Shown here: piece after piece, positions 1 through 10,896 of the stretch
How positions within the stretch are numbered: the first letter of the stretch is position 1
How the letters are laid out: each line of letters begins with the position of its first letter
Assembly: GCA_937625935.1 (NCBI GenBank)
Contig: OW569347.1
Location: 622,642-686,641, forward strand
Direction of reading: 5' to 3'
Origin: Tetramitus jugosus
Taxonomy: Eukaryota; Protista; Heterolobosea
Length of the DNA: 64,000 bases
Position numbers and translations under genes: made by a program
The notes under the pieces: model-generated
Database searches by the model: none
What the model was told of the DNA's origin: nothing
The model's input: the letters and a program-made list of their open reading frames with translations, nothing else

Positions 1-128
1 ATGAGAACTACAAGAAAGATTTACTGAAGTGTGATTTTACCCTAAAGTCTCGTGAGAATATGACGATGGACCAAAAAGTGATGATGGAAGAACTGGAAGC
101 ACTGCTCAAGCAAGAGTCTACATTATAA
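1..128 (+). CDS. 3' end of a gene running in from the left edge (partial, unknown product)
   Basis: Frame 3 is open from the window start (ENYKKDLLKCDF...LLKQESTL) to TAA at 126-128; convergent with the next gene. Confidence 0.6.
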   Translation, partial: ENYKKDLLKCDFTLKSRENMTMDQKVMMEELEALLKQESTL

Positions 129-142
129 ATGGTGTATTTACT

Positions 143-991
143 TTATTGTCGGGGAGTGGGAAGCTTGAGCTCTGGTTGTCTGGATAGAGCACAACCACCA
201 TCATTCAAATTCCACTCACTCTCGTTCAATTCGGTCTGATTCATGATTCGTAGTGTTGATACGACCAATCTGGAAAAAATATTGGCATCAATCTGGTACA
301 CTGATAATCGGTCCAGAATGTCATCGAATGGTTCGTGTTTGAACTTTCGGTACATGATTAAATCCAGGTCCAAGTATACACTTTCATCTTTGAAGTAGTT
401 TCCTTGCCGAGTCTGAGCTAACAGAGCTGCGCCTAGAGTCAAGTACCTCGCCTTGTCAAATTCTTTCTTTGATGATGTGTTTACAGTCGATTCGTAATTG
501 AACAATAGTTTTCCTAGATCTAACAATGTAAAAACTGGTTCTTGATTGGGTGCGACAATTCTTTCTTCTTCTCCAATAAACAAAGACAATAGTTTCATGA
601 CGAACTTTGATCTATCCTGAAGAGATTCACAACATGGATAAGAAGCCAAATATTCATAGAAATGGAGTCTATCTGGGTTCTCTTTTGAAATTGTATCCCA
701 CACACGCCTACCATACTTATGCTGACCAATTTCTGGACAAATTTTCATTGTTTCTTCCTTCTTGATTTCTCTCAGTTCTTTACCAAAGTCCTCCTCCACA
801 GGTTCAGGTACATCAGAATGTTCACTCCATATCTTATCAAATCTCATCTCTTGAATCAAAGGATCGAATTGGTGATTCTTCGACTTGGAAGAACGGATAC
901 CTGAACTATAGCTGGTCTCGTTCTTTTGGATTAGACTAGAACGTAACTCTTGACCATAGTTCTTTGTGTCAACTGAGGCTGCAGATCCCAT
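143..991 (-). CDS. Hypothetical protein, probably N-myristoylated
   Basis: ORF 143-1078. The ATG at 991 gives MGSAAS (MGxxxS myristoylation consensus) and leaves ~100 bp intergenic space; the upstream ATG at 1078 is only 10 nt from the previous stop. Confidence 0.6.
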   Translation of the reverse strand: MGSAASVDTKNYGQELRSSLIQKNETSYSSGIRSSKSKNHQFDPLIQEMRFDKIWSEHSDVPEPVEEDFGKELREIKKEETMKICPEIGQHKYGRRVWDTISKENPDRLHFYEYLASYPCCESLQDRSKFVMKLLSLFIGEEERIVAPNQEPVFTLLDLGKLLFNYESTVNTSSKKEFDKARYLTLGAALLAQTRQGNYFKDESVYLDLDLIMYRKFKHEPFDDILDRLSVYQIDANIFSRLVVSTLRIMNQTELNESEWNLNDGGCALSRQPELKLPTPRQ

Positions 992-1088
992 TAGAATGGT
1001 TTGTTTCGTTGATAGATGTGCTGAGAATTCTTTTCCGCCGTACGTAGATCTGGCAGTTGACGCATATCTACGAACCATGAATCGATGA

Positions 1089-4000
1089 TCAAAAATTTAT
1101 TTTCCGAGGGTCATATTGGAGCACTGGAATAGTAGTTTCTGGTAGTTGTTTTCTCGCTGGTCTTGGTGTAAAAACAGCGGCTGTAGCAGCTCTTCGAGGA
1201 GCGACTGAAAAATCTAGGAATCCCAGGGCTCTATTAGGGTCGATGTAATTCTTCGGAGGACTTACTCTAATTCTCACTGGGCTTATCTTTCTCTCCTCTC
1301 CCTCCACATTGCTTATTAATAATCGAGTTCTATCCGATTGACCAAAAATCGACGTTCCAATGGACAAATTGATGGAACTCTCTTCTTCTACTCCAGAGAT
1401 GAAGGGCCGTTGTCTAGGGTGCTTTGGAGGTCTCACTATCGGATCTATCTTGTGAGCTCTTGCGTTGAACATCAGATCACCAGGATGATCCAATTGATTC
1501 AAAGCTTTCGAAAATGAATGCAAGAAGATATCTTGACCCTTTCTTAGATCGATCCCGTATCCTATACGAGGCGCGGAGTGTCGATCATATTGTCGATCAG
1601 ACATGGGCCTCCGTTGATAGGTAGGGTCAGAATCTTCTGTTGATCTGTTAGAGGAAGAAGTAGTTAGTCAGATAGTGAGGTAAGTGGAAATAGCACATAT
1701 TCTACATACAAGTGTGACATTGCAGCAAATTTTCTCTCTTGCTCCTTTAGTATTTCTGCTTTTGCTTCCAACCACCGTTTATGTCTCAGCGACTCAACAT
1801 TGTCGTTTCCCTTCATGTATCTACTCTCCTTAACTGGTTGAATGCCCTTTCCTGGACTGACAGATCGGTCATTGGTCCTACTCTTTATCCTCTGCTTTGG
1901 TGGAATATCTGGTTTCTCTGTTGGGAAAACATGAAACTCAGAATCATCGTGCCAATGTGAGACAGAATTCTCCATTCCTTTCGAGGAAATAACGACGTTC
2001 TTTTTCTCAAAATCCACAGCAGAGATAGGCTTCTTTAAACTTAACCCTTCAGTTCTTGCTACGATCTCCTCAGTGCGCTGGTAACTACTCTCTGATATCT
2101 TAGCATCCTCCATTGGACTAGAACTCCTATTTCGAGAGTTGATGGAAGTTCTTCTTCGAAAAACATTTCCTTCAGGTTTCTCGGGTATGGTGGTGCTCTT
2201 TTTCGTAGGTTGTTCTGTTGTCTGCTCATTCGAAGAAACTGTACTTTCTTTCTCTTTCTGCAGAGATTGGATAAAATTTATAGCTTCAGCAAGAGCATCC
2301 TCTCTACTCTCCTTCTTTCCCACTTCGTTTTCTGCCTGCCTTTGGACTATACTTTGGAGTTCATTGTTGTCAGATAATTGAGGTATCAGGACTTTCTCGT
2401 TCTGGTTCTCCATAACTGAACTCTCAGATGATGTTTCCTGGTTCGGTCCGTGATCTTCACTCTTTCTTCGTTTTTCACTCACGACTTTGTTGGGAGAAGG
2501 TGAAGCATTTCTACTCATTCTCTTCGATGATGTCACGTCATTCTTTTCTTCTCGATCGTTCCTGTCGGCCTTGCTTCTTTTGATCGGTGTATGTTCGTTC
2601 TCCTTGTCTCGAAGTCTCATTGGAGAGGGTGTTAAGTGACGACTACCATCTTTCTGAGAGTGAATTGCTCTCTTTGGTTTCTTCTCGCTTCCCTTTAGTA
2701 CCTCTGCTGGTTCAATGCTTGCCAACCTCTCTTTCAGATCCTTATATTTACGCTTGTACTCTTCGACTTCTTCTCTCGCTTTCACAATTTCACCAGTAAA
2801 ATCTTTATCATCACTATGGACTTCCTCCTGTGTTAATAGCTGGTGTGTAAGCTCGTCACACCGTCGGGTCAATTGTTTCTTCTCACTCTCTAAAGAATAT
2901 CGTTCCTCCTGCAACTTACTGTTGTTGATCTTCAGCTCTTCGAGTTGCTGTTGGTACTGCTTTTCTGCTTCTCTAAATTCATCTTGATGATCTCTTATTC
3001 TTTCATCCATGACTTCAGACGACTCTATCTTCAATCTCTCTTGGGCATGCTCTATCATTGATTTTGTTTTTTGAGCATGATCTTCTTTTATTCGATCCAG
3101 CTCTCTCTGCATGATCTCCTGACATTGGCTGACCGTTTGATCTTCCATTTCTTTCACATATACAACAAAACCAGTGACCATCCTTTTTAACCAGGTTAAT
3201 CCCTCTTTCAATTCTCGAGTTCGACTCTTCATAACGAGAATAGTTTCTAAGTGCGTACCACCATCCACTCTCCGCAAGAAGTTGGTGATAGCATGATTAA
3301 TGCCGCTTAAATTCCTTATTGTTGCTTGCTTCAAATCTGTTAACTTCTCAATCTTAGTGTTTTGTGTTTCATCCACCGAATCATCGAGAGTATCCTCAAT
3401 GGATAATATCGAGATCTGACACCTCTCCATCATAGAGCCAAGAATCGTACTGGCTTGATTGGTCTCTTCAATCATATTGAATTTTTGTTTGTCTATTGCA
3501 TCGTGCTCATCCTGTGCTGGATTAGAAGAAATGTTTTCTATTGATACTTCTTCCAAATCTGGAACAGCTCCAGAATTCTCTTCGTCGTCATTGTCTGACA
3601 AATCAGAGTCCATATCTTCTTGCTTCTTTAGTGAGTATATCTTTCCATTAGGACTGAATATCTTGAGTGACAAGAGTTGAGGATCCTTCTCAAGATCTTC
3701 GAAGGTCAAAGTTCTCTTCATGCCATTCTCATCGAAAATAAATACTTGTGCTTTTAAAACAAGCTCGTGCAACTTGTTAATATCTGTATAATGCTTCTGA
3801 ATTTCTTTCTCTGTGATCTTTTTCACTTTTTCAGGTATTTCAGATTTGTGTTCAGCTTTCGATCTTCGATAGTCAGTGATAAACCGTTTCACATTCTGAC
3901 CACTCCTCGACATATCCGCAAAAATATTATCTATTCGTTCTTCTTGTTTGTCATACACGTTCTGTAATTGCCGAATATATGTTCGTAATTTTTTAACTTG

Positions 4001-4827
4001 ACTCTCCTCTCTCTTCAAGTTCGTTACCAACATATCATCCTTGTCTCGGATATATTTCTTCCACACTACCATTCTATCCTTGTAGTTCTTATTTTCGAGT
4101 AGAACGTTTCCTATATTCACCTGTAGTTGTCGTATCGTATTTTCGAGCTCCAAATTAGACTCTCTCAACTCCTCCACTGACTTTGCTTTCTCCATTACTT
4201 TTGAAAATGTTTCCTTAATATCCTTCAAATGCAAGAAGGATCCTCTCATTTTCTCAAGCATATCCGAAACCATTTTCTCAGAGACAGAGTGTTCATTCAT
4301 CCACATTCTTTCCTTGATGATTTGCTTTGATATTGCTTGACTACGTGCCATTTTCTCCAAGTTTGGAATAGTCATCACATTTTTATTTGCATCACCTGAA
4401 GCTGAGTCGATGATTTCAATATCCGGAATATCGTTGTTAATATTCTGGGCGTTCCTTATCCGATCTCTTATTGGTACTACATTATCCTAAAATGAAAATA
4501 TGATTCGTGTCAGCTATTCTTCTTTTCTTCTTCACATACATCTTTTCGAATGGTACCTACAGAGTCTTTGTTCCAAACAGACAAGTCATTCACAGCCTCT
4601 TCTCTACCATATTGAGAATTTTCAATTAACCGATCAACCATAACCTTTGATTTCCTGAGTTCTTCCTGTCTTTCAGACAGCTCCTCCACTGAACTAAAAG
4701 GATTATCTGAACCGGTCGTTGGTGTAGGAACAGTCAGGACTGACTGAATGCCATCGGACAAGGATACACTTGTTCTTCGTCCAGATAGCTTGTCCTCGAT
4801 AGGATTCCCATTGGCATCCAGCTCCAT
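1089..4827 (-). CDS. Large coiled-coil protein (~1206 aa, 3 exons)
   Basis: Exons 4827-4540, 4486-1710, 1644-1089. Introns 4539-4487 and 1709-1645 have GTATGT donors, CTGAC/CTAAC branch sites and YAG acceptors; both preserve frame and join three ORF-track fragments. Long E/K/Q-rich heptad regions. Confidence 0.75.
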
Positions 4828-5041
4828 TACGGCGTTTAATTTTCTTCAGGACAGACACACCGAAACCAACTACAGTATGATTACCGCCAACTTCACTTTT
4901 GCTATTCCTCCGACACTTCCATCAAACTCTCGACTTCCATTTTCCGCTGGAGAAAAAACAATTTCTTCAATCGCAAAAAAAACGAAACACAACGATTTGA
5001 ACTCACACCAACAACAAAGCGAACAAATCACATTCATCATC

Positions 5042-6712
5042 ATGGACGTTACAATCATTGGAGAAGAAATCAAAGTATTTGCCCATGTCATCACATGTCT
5101 CTCCAAACTAGGTGAACAACTCAACTTGGAAATGAATGTCAATCAACGTTCCATGGTACTTCAAACCGTGAACAGCACCAAGAGTGCATTCGTACAATTC
5201 ACTCTCCTATCAAGCTTTTTCAATCAATTTGATTTCATGCGAAACAGAAATCAAAAATATCAACTTGTTCTCAAGCACTTCATGTCCGTGTTTCGCAACT
5301 TGAATCACATTAAGGAACTTCGCATGTTTGTGCCCATTGCTTCTTCTGACAGAAATGGTGGTGGTGGTGGTGGTACTCCAAATGGTAGTAGTGGAGTTCA
5401 TGGTGATGCAGTTGTTGATGATGCCATGACGTCTGATGATGCCGATATGGACGCAGAAAACAACAACTTGAACAATTCTCTGTACAATTATTTCACAATT
5501 GAGACTAGGACGGACAAGGGACTATTCAAGACGACAAGACTTGTTTTTTCTCAGGAAGACATCTTCTCTGCCATGTTCGATTCGAGAACGTATCCTGTGG
5601 AACTGAGATGTGAATCCAAGGGACTCAACCAATGTCTCAACAATTTTCAACATACCGTGTCAGAGATTACGTTCACTCTGGAACAATCAAGGACGAGTTC
5701 TCAGCGATCCAGTGGTACAACCACAACTACTACTAACAGCAGTAGCAGAGGATCAAATGACAGAGGTGTTCCTCCTTCGACAAACAATGATGCGGCTCCT
5801 TCGTCATCTACGGTGACTCCATCACCTTCGATGCCATCATCGGGTGTATCTTCCTCTTCTTCTGATGATTACATTGAGAGACAGATTAGAGTGTCTAGTT
5901 ATATGAATCCAGGTAGTGTCGATATGAAGAATATGATGAAAACACAGGTATCAATTGACTCGACGCAGTTTGACTTTTGGAGATGTGAAGTGCCAGCACC
6001 AGCGCTAGTGTCACAAGCCCAATTACCCAGTGTTGAAGATCCAACACCGAACCACACGGCTCAATCATCTGCTGGGCGTCCTAGGTCGCAAACACAGCAA
6101 CCTGCATTTGTAAAACAGTTAGAGATGACATTTAATCTCAAGGACTTCAAGGCATTCCTTCACTTTTGTGAACAAGCCCATCAACCAGTCACCATATTCT
6201 TGGATCATCAAGGAAAGCCAATCATTTTTGAATCCAGCGCTGCTAACAACCAAAACGATATGGAAGCTGTGTGCGTCTTGGCTACTCTGTCCGAAGACTC
6301 GAATACTCAAAGTTCTACACAATCATCCACACCTCCTGCTCACTATACTCCTCGTGCCACTCCATCTCCCTCTCCTGCAAGAGGTAGAACAGGAGGCAGA
6401 AGCAGTGTGTCAACATTTGTATCGACCCCAATCCAAATGCAACCACCAGCGAGTACACCTGACACAAATCAAGCGAACTTACAGCAATCTACGCCCAAGG
6501 ATCAATCATACTATCCTCCAAGTAGTTTTGGCAGTGTTGGACATCAAGTCATTCATGAGAGTCCTCTAGATTCCCCCCATTCGTTCCCAAAGAGATCACG
6601 CCTCGGAACAAACGACGAAGGAGAGAATGATTATGAAGATGATGATGACGATCGGGTAGTGGAAGAAGACGATGGACAGAAGACGCCAAAAAGAACGAGG
6701 TATTCACCTTGA
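5042..6712 (+). CDS. RAD9: Rad9, 9-1-1 checkpoint clamp subunit
   Basis: N-terminus MDVTIIGEEIKVFAHVITCLSKLGEQL...LQTVNSTKSAFVQF and C-terminal TFNLKDFKAFLHFCE...GKPIIF...VLATL match the Rad9 PCNA-like fold; S/T-rich inserts and an acidic tail. Start set at ATG 5042 rather than 4748. Confidence 0.9.
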   Translation: MDVTIIGEEIKVFAHVITCLSKLGEQLNLEMNVNQRSMVLQTVNSTKSAFVQFTLLSSFFNQFDFMRNRNQKYQLVLKHFMSVFRNLNHIKELRMFVPIASSDRNGGGGGGTPNGSSGVHGDAVVDDAMTSDDADMDAENNNLNNSLYNYFTIETRTDKGLFKTTRLVFSQEDIFSAMFDSRTYPVELRCESKGLNQCLNNFQHTVSEITFTLEQSRTSSQRSSGTTTTTTNSSSRGSNDRGVPPSTNNDAAPSSSTVTPSPSMPSSGVSSSSSDDYIERQIRVSSYMNPGSVDMKNMMKTQVSIDSTQFDFWRCEVPAPALVSQAQLPSVEDPTPNHTAQSSAGRPRSQTQQPAFVKQLEMTFNLKDFKAFLHFCEQAHQPVTIFLDHQGKPIIFESSAANNQNDMEAVCVLATLSEDSNTQSSTQSSTPPAHYTPRATPSPSPARGRTGGRSSVSTFVSTPIQMQPPASTPDTNQANLQQSTPKDQSYYPPSSFGSVGHQVIHESPLDSPHSFPKRSRLGTNDEGENDYEDDDDDRVVEEDDGQKTPKRTRYSP

Positions 6713-6743
6713 GAAATATAAACATTGAACCTCGATTCCTTTA

Positions 6744-8798
6744 TCATGCAATGCCAATATTCTTCAATATCTTATCGAGTGTTTCATTCGTCAGACCAAC
6801 ATAGGCATACACTGGAACTTCGCTATTGTAAATACAGTACAATTCGTAGTTGCCTCTCCGAATGGCGCATTGACCAAAGCTCTTTGTTCGCATGTATGAC
6901 TGATCTACGCGAATACTGGTCTTTGGGGCCGAGTTTGCGCTCGAAGAATGCCCGTGCACAGCATTGGGATCCAAGTGTCGATGCGACTCAAACACATTGG
7001 TCGATATGTTGATGTAAAACTCGGTCAACACTTGTTCCATAATTTCTCTCTTCTCATATGCTCGAATAGGAAGCAGGTCTTCATAAATAAAATAGGGTTT
7101 TGACTGTCTTTGCTGCTGTTGCTGCGAAGAGTTTCTCTGCTGACTGCTCTGTTGTTGAGTTTTCTGCTGACTTTGCGACTGTGATTGCTGTTGCGACTGG
7201 GACTGCTGCTGCTGTGGATTCACTTGTTGCTGATCCTGCAAGCAACCTCTGTTGACAAACAAGAATGCAGACAAATTAGAATCGAGCTTCATTGCTTCCT
7301 GTATCCGCGAACTCACCAGACTCTGCATCTTGTACACAAAGTTCCACTCTGATGCCTCACTCGTCACATTCTGTATCACTGTCTGTGTCGATGGACTCTT
7401 ACCTGCCAACATGCACAAGTGAACACCATCGTCCAACTTTATCGTCACAAATCTCTTGTTTCCATTCGGTGTGTGAATCGGTATGTCATATGCCGTCGCC
7501 GGTGCAGACAAGTGCAAGTACAGGCCCAGGATTGTCAACATGGAATGCGATTGAGAAAGCCAGTACTCTGTAGCGACACACACGGAATCATTGACATAAA
7601 TGGCACAGTCTGCCACATTCCAATCATTCTCCGCACAGTGCTTCAATCGAGAGAGTGCTTGTTGTTTGAGCAATTCGGATGATTTGAGCTCAAAACACAT
7701 GTGTCTCACGGGCAATCCAACCAATAATTGAAGTTTCATGTGAGTCGATATTTTGTGTCGATTCCATGCAATACTACCACCACCACTAGTGTGATTGCTC
7801 GTGTGTTCATTACTACTGTTACTGTTGCCTCTGCTCCTCTGTTGTACATGATCAAATGATGAACCTGTTGATGATGATGATGATGATGATGTTGTTGTTG
7901 TCGATGAGGTTGGCTGATGATGATGATGTTGATGATGATTCAAATGAACACCAACAGTCAACAATTGTTCAATTACGTTACCAATGAGATTCAATCGTCG
8001 CTTCAGTGTCATTTTTCGATTGTCCAAATGAACTTGATCAAACGACAATTGACCAAACAATAAATTAATGAATCCGTGAATCATGTGCATGACACTGTTG
8101 GCATAGTGAACTCCGACGCATGAACTAATCATTTCATTGTTCATGGAACGATGTGTTGTTGTTGTTGTTGTCATTGTTGTTGATGATGATGATGATGGTG
8201 TGGGTGTTGTTGTTGTTGTTGTTATTGTTGGTGGTGAAGATGGTGTTTGTGGAGTGGATGATTGATTTTTGTTATTGTTATTGTTGTTGTTGTTGTTGAT
8301 GAGTGATTCTTCACTCTTGTTATTGTTATTGTTGGTCTTTTGAATGATAAATGAATTATTATTATTATTATTGTTGTTGTTAGTGATGTTAGTGTTATTG
8401 CTGTTGTGAATATTCTTGTGATAATAGTCACCACTCGTTCCCAGTACCATGAGCATATTTAACTGCTGTTGTGGTTGTGGTTGTAGTTGCAGTTGTTTTT
8501 TGCTATTCACATTTTTGTTACTATTGTTATTATTGTTATTGTTACTGTTGTCATCATGATTGTCATCACCTTCAACATGAATCATGATGGGTAAATAGTG
8601 CAGTACATGATAAGAATCATTGTCTTGAAAACTTGATGTCAGTGTTTGGACCGTGTGTGAACATGAGAGATTGGATTTGGAGTAGAGAACGGAGAAGAGA
8701 GAGGTTTGAGTGAGGTTGGGCATGGTCATGGAAGGATGAGAGTAGTATGATCGACGCATGAGCTCAAAATGTTCCGTATTGAACAGAACGAACCACAT
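6744..8798 (-). CDS. FUZ: Fuzzy-like tri-longin protein (CPLANE ciliogenesis module)
   Basis: IYVNDSVCVATEYW...SAPATAYDIPIHTPNG..RFVTIKLDDGVHLCMLAGKSPS parallels the Fuzzy second longin domain (VVAATEGWW...PPQTARDYPVYLPHG...RLLTLTL...LELCLLCGPSP). First plausible ATG at 8798; heavy poly-N/Q/H/T inserts. Confidence 0.75.
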   Translation of the reverse strand: MWFVLFNTEHFELMRRSYYSHPSMTMPNLTQTSLFSVLYSKSNLSCSHTVQTLTSSFQDNDSYHVLHYLPIMIHVEGDDNHDDNSNNNNNNNSNKNVNSKKQLQLQPQPQQQLNMLMVLGTSGDYYHKNIHNSNNTNITNNNNNNNNNSFIIQKTNNNNNKSEESLINNNNNNNNNKNQSSTPQTPSSPPTITTTTTTPTPSSSSSTTMTTTTTTHRSMNNEMISSCVGVHYANSVMHMIHGFINLLFGQLSFDQVHLDNRKMTLKRRLNLIGNVIEQLLTVGVHLNHHQHHHHQPTSSTTTTSSSSSSSTGSSFDHVQQRSRGNSNSSNEHTSNHTSGGGSIAWNRHKISTHMKLQLLVGLPVRHMCFELKSSELLKQQALSRLKHCAENDWNVADCAIYVNDSVCVATEYWLSQSHSMLTILGLYLHLSAPATAYDIPIHTPNGNKRFVTIKLDDGVHLCMLAGKSPSTQTVIQNVTSEASEWNFVYKMQSLVSSRIQEAMKLDSNLSAFLFVNRGCLQDQQQVNPQQQQSQSQQQSQSQSQQKTQQQSSQQRNSSQQQQQRQSKPYFIYEDLLPIRAYEKREIMEQVLTEFYINISTNVFESHRHLDPNAVHGHSSSANSAPKTSIRVDQSYMRTKSFGQCAIRRGNYELYCIYNSEVPVYAYVGLTNETLDKILKNIGIA

Positions 8799-8998
8799 TG
8801 TTTGTATTGTTTTTTGTTTGTGACTTTTGAGTTTTTTGTGCTCTCTGGTTTTCTCTGGAGATTTGACATTTGGCGCCCAATCAAATCCCCGTTTACTGAA
8901 ATGCCAAAGCGGGGTTTTAACTTCTACAGCATCGTCATATCGCCTTTCTTGAATGGTGTTGTCCAAATGGATCGAAATGAACTCTATATTTATTTTTT

Positions 8999-10456
8999 TT
9001 ACATGTTAAGAACCATTCGCTTCTCTTGGGTGATCCTTCGCTGGGCAATCAAGTACCTCTCTTCCAAGTCTGGTGTAATCGTTGGTGAATATGGTTGGAA
9101 AGGGTTCGATGATACCGTGGGAAACAGCGACGATGGCGAAGGAGTCTTCCACAAATTCACAGGTATTAGGTCAATGCTTGCTCCTGGAGCACCCATGTGT
9201 CTTGGAGTAAAGCTCTCACCCGTCGTTGATGATGGTTCACCATGTTCATCAGGAGAAGCTCCCAACACTTTCTCTACACTGGCAATACCAACACCCTGTT
9301 GTTGTTGTTGTTGTTGTTGTTGGTGTGAAAAACTATTTGGTGATGGCATCGCAGGAGGAACAGGATTCCTATTATTCATCATAGCTGTAGCAGTCGCAGG
9401 AGGACCAGAGGAAACGGAAGCAGCAACTACATTACCACTATTATTCTTACTATTATTATATTGAATAAATTTGGGTGATAGTTGAGCAAGAGCTCCCTTC
9501 TCTCCATTTCCTACATGAGATGCTGATGGTAATGGACCAGTGGGTGTCAAGCTATGACTATTCATATTACTACTATTACTACTGTGAGGAGAGTCAGTTG
9601 TTGGTGCAACAATGGAGGATGAACGTGGTGAGACTGTAGTAGGCCGTATTTGAGCAACAGTAGGTAATCCTACTTGAGTTGAGTGGTGTTGAGCATGGTG
9701 ATGTTGTTGTTGATGATTCAAGCTAGAAGGAGGAGAATTGGATAATTTGGGTGGTTGTTGTTGTTGTTGTTGTTGTGAATAAGGTTGGTGAGAATGATGA
9801 GGATGAGAATGATGATGTGGATGGTGGTGGTTCTGATGCTGTGATGATGATGGAGGAACAATAGAGTTGTTGTTGTTGTTGTTGTTGTTTGAACCTCTGT
9901 TATTAGAGTATGGTTGTGGTTGTTGTGGTTGATTGTTGTTGTTGTAATGGAAAGCTCCATTGTTGTTGTTCATTGTATTCGCATGATTGTTGGGATAGTT
10001 GACTTGGGACTGTGGTTGAGAGGGTGACGGAGAATTATGTTGTTGATAGTATCTTTGCTGTTGGTGTTGTTGATGTTGGTGGGAGTGAGGAGGTGGAGGA
10101 GCATGCGGTGACACCGAAGGAACAGAGTTGGTGTTCGGTGCTGGACCAAACGACGGACTTTGGTTGATTGGATACTGCGAAGGTTGTTGTTGGTAGGTGT
10201 TGGTGGTAGTGTGAGTTGTTGGTCCGACATATGTATGTTGAGATTGTTGTTGTTGTGGTTGTTGTTGTTGGTGATGATGATGGTGAGAATGTTGGTAACC
10301 AGCACCAGTCTGGTGTGGTGTCAGTGGAGGTTGTTGTGCGCTATTGTTGTTGTTATTGTAATGAACGGGAGCGCCTCCATTGTTGTGGTGGTAATTTTGT
10401 GGGTGCGAATGATGACTCTGCTGAGTAAGCTGAGAGTGGTGTTGCTGTGCTTTCAT
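8999..10456 (-). CDS. Q/H/N/P-rich low-complexity protein, unknown function
   Basis: 485-aa ATG-started ORF, almost entirely low-complexity, with a short C-terminal helix (LEERYLIAQRRITQEKRMVLNM). Confidence 0.7.
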   Translation of the reverse strand: MKAQQHHSQLTQQSHHSHPQNYHHNNGGAPVHYNNNNNSAQQPPLTPHQTGAGYQHSHHHHHQQQQPQQQQSQHTYVGPTTHTTTNTYQQQPSQYPINQSPSFGPAPNTNSVPSVSPHAPPPPHSHQHQQHQQQRYYQQHNSPSPSQPQSQVNYPNNHANTMNNNNGAFHYNNNNQPQQPQPYSNNRGSNNNNNNNNSIVPPSSSQHQNHHHPHHHSHPHHSHQPYSQQQQQQQPPKLSNSPPSSLNHQQQHHHAQHHSTQVGLPTVAQIRPTTVSPRSSSIVAPTTDSPHSSNSSNMNSHSLTPTGPLPSASHVGNGEKGALAQLSPKFIQYNNSKNNSGNVVAASVSSGPPATATAMMNNRNPVPPAMPSPNSFSHQQQQQQQQQGVGIASVEKVLGASPDEHGEPSSTTGESFTPRHMGAPGASIDLIPVNLWKTPSPSSLFPTVSSNPFQPYSPTITPDLEERYLIAQRRITQEKRMVLNM

Positions 10457-10563
10457 GAAGGAATGGTATGAAAGGGATGTGATGGATGTTGTTGTGTTGT
10501 GTTACGGTAGTAGTTAAAAGTATTTGGGTGCTTTTTGGAGGTTACTATTTGGTGTAAGTTTAT

Positions 10564-10785
10564 TGAGAGGCACTCGTACGGAGAACACTTGTGGAGGTCG
10601 CTTTGAGCGATGTACGGTGCATTATGCCTCCCTCTCAGGGTGACCCAGGGGTCTAAACTTGGGCAAATTTGCCTGGAACCATCATCCTTGGGTATTCAAA
10701 TCGTTGATTTTGTTGCGATGAGTGACTGCCCGACGACAAATGTATGATGTGGCGCTGCGAGTCAGGGTTCTCCCTTGCCACTTTT
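10564..10785. ncRNA. Candidate structured non-coding RNA, family unassigned
   Basis: GC-richer intergenic block with several helices (10564-70/10631-37, 10575-79/10612-16, 10749-54/10776-81) ending in hairpin+TTTT on the + strand; no hallmark of a known family recognised. Confidence 0.3.
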
Positions 10786-10896
10786 AAAGCCGAAAGTACA
10801 AAACGCGACAGAATATCGTTTTATACCGAGGCATCTCGGAAAGGATTTTCCTGAAAGGTGACTAGAAAAAAATTGACCAAACTAGATTTTGATTTT

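Noticed and set aside
1078-1089. Apparent 10-nt spacing between tandem genes, suggesting a bicistron or readthrough
   Set aside because: A downstream ATG (991) with a myristoylation consensus is the more likely start and gives ordinary spacing.
4748-5041. Upstream ORF-track extensions (RAD9; likewise Fuzzy 8799-8966 and 37307-37444)
   Set aside because: They overlap neighbouring starts or promoters, consist of AC-rich leader sequence, and homology begins at the downstream ATG.
7860-10400. (AAC)n/(ATC)n microsatellites as independent repeat elements
   Set aside because: All lie in frame within CDSs as homopolymer amino-acid tracts, a general style of this genome.
10635-10865. U3 snoRNA or RNase P reading of the intergenic block on the minus strand
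   Set aside because: Box A would need CAGGAUCA (found CAGGAAAAUC), there is no box B, and there is no CR-I partner for the CR-V-like word.
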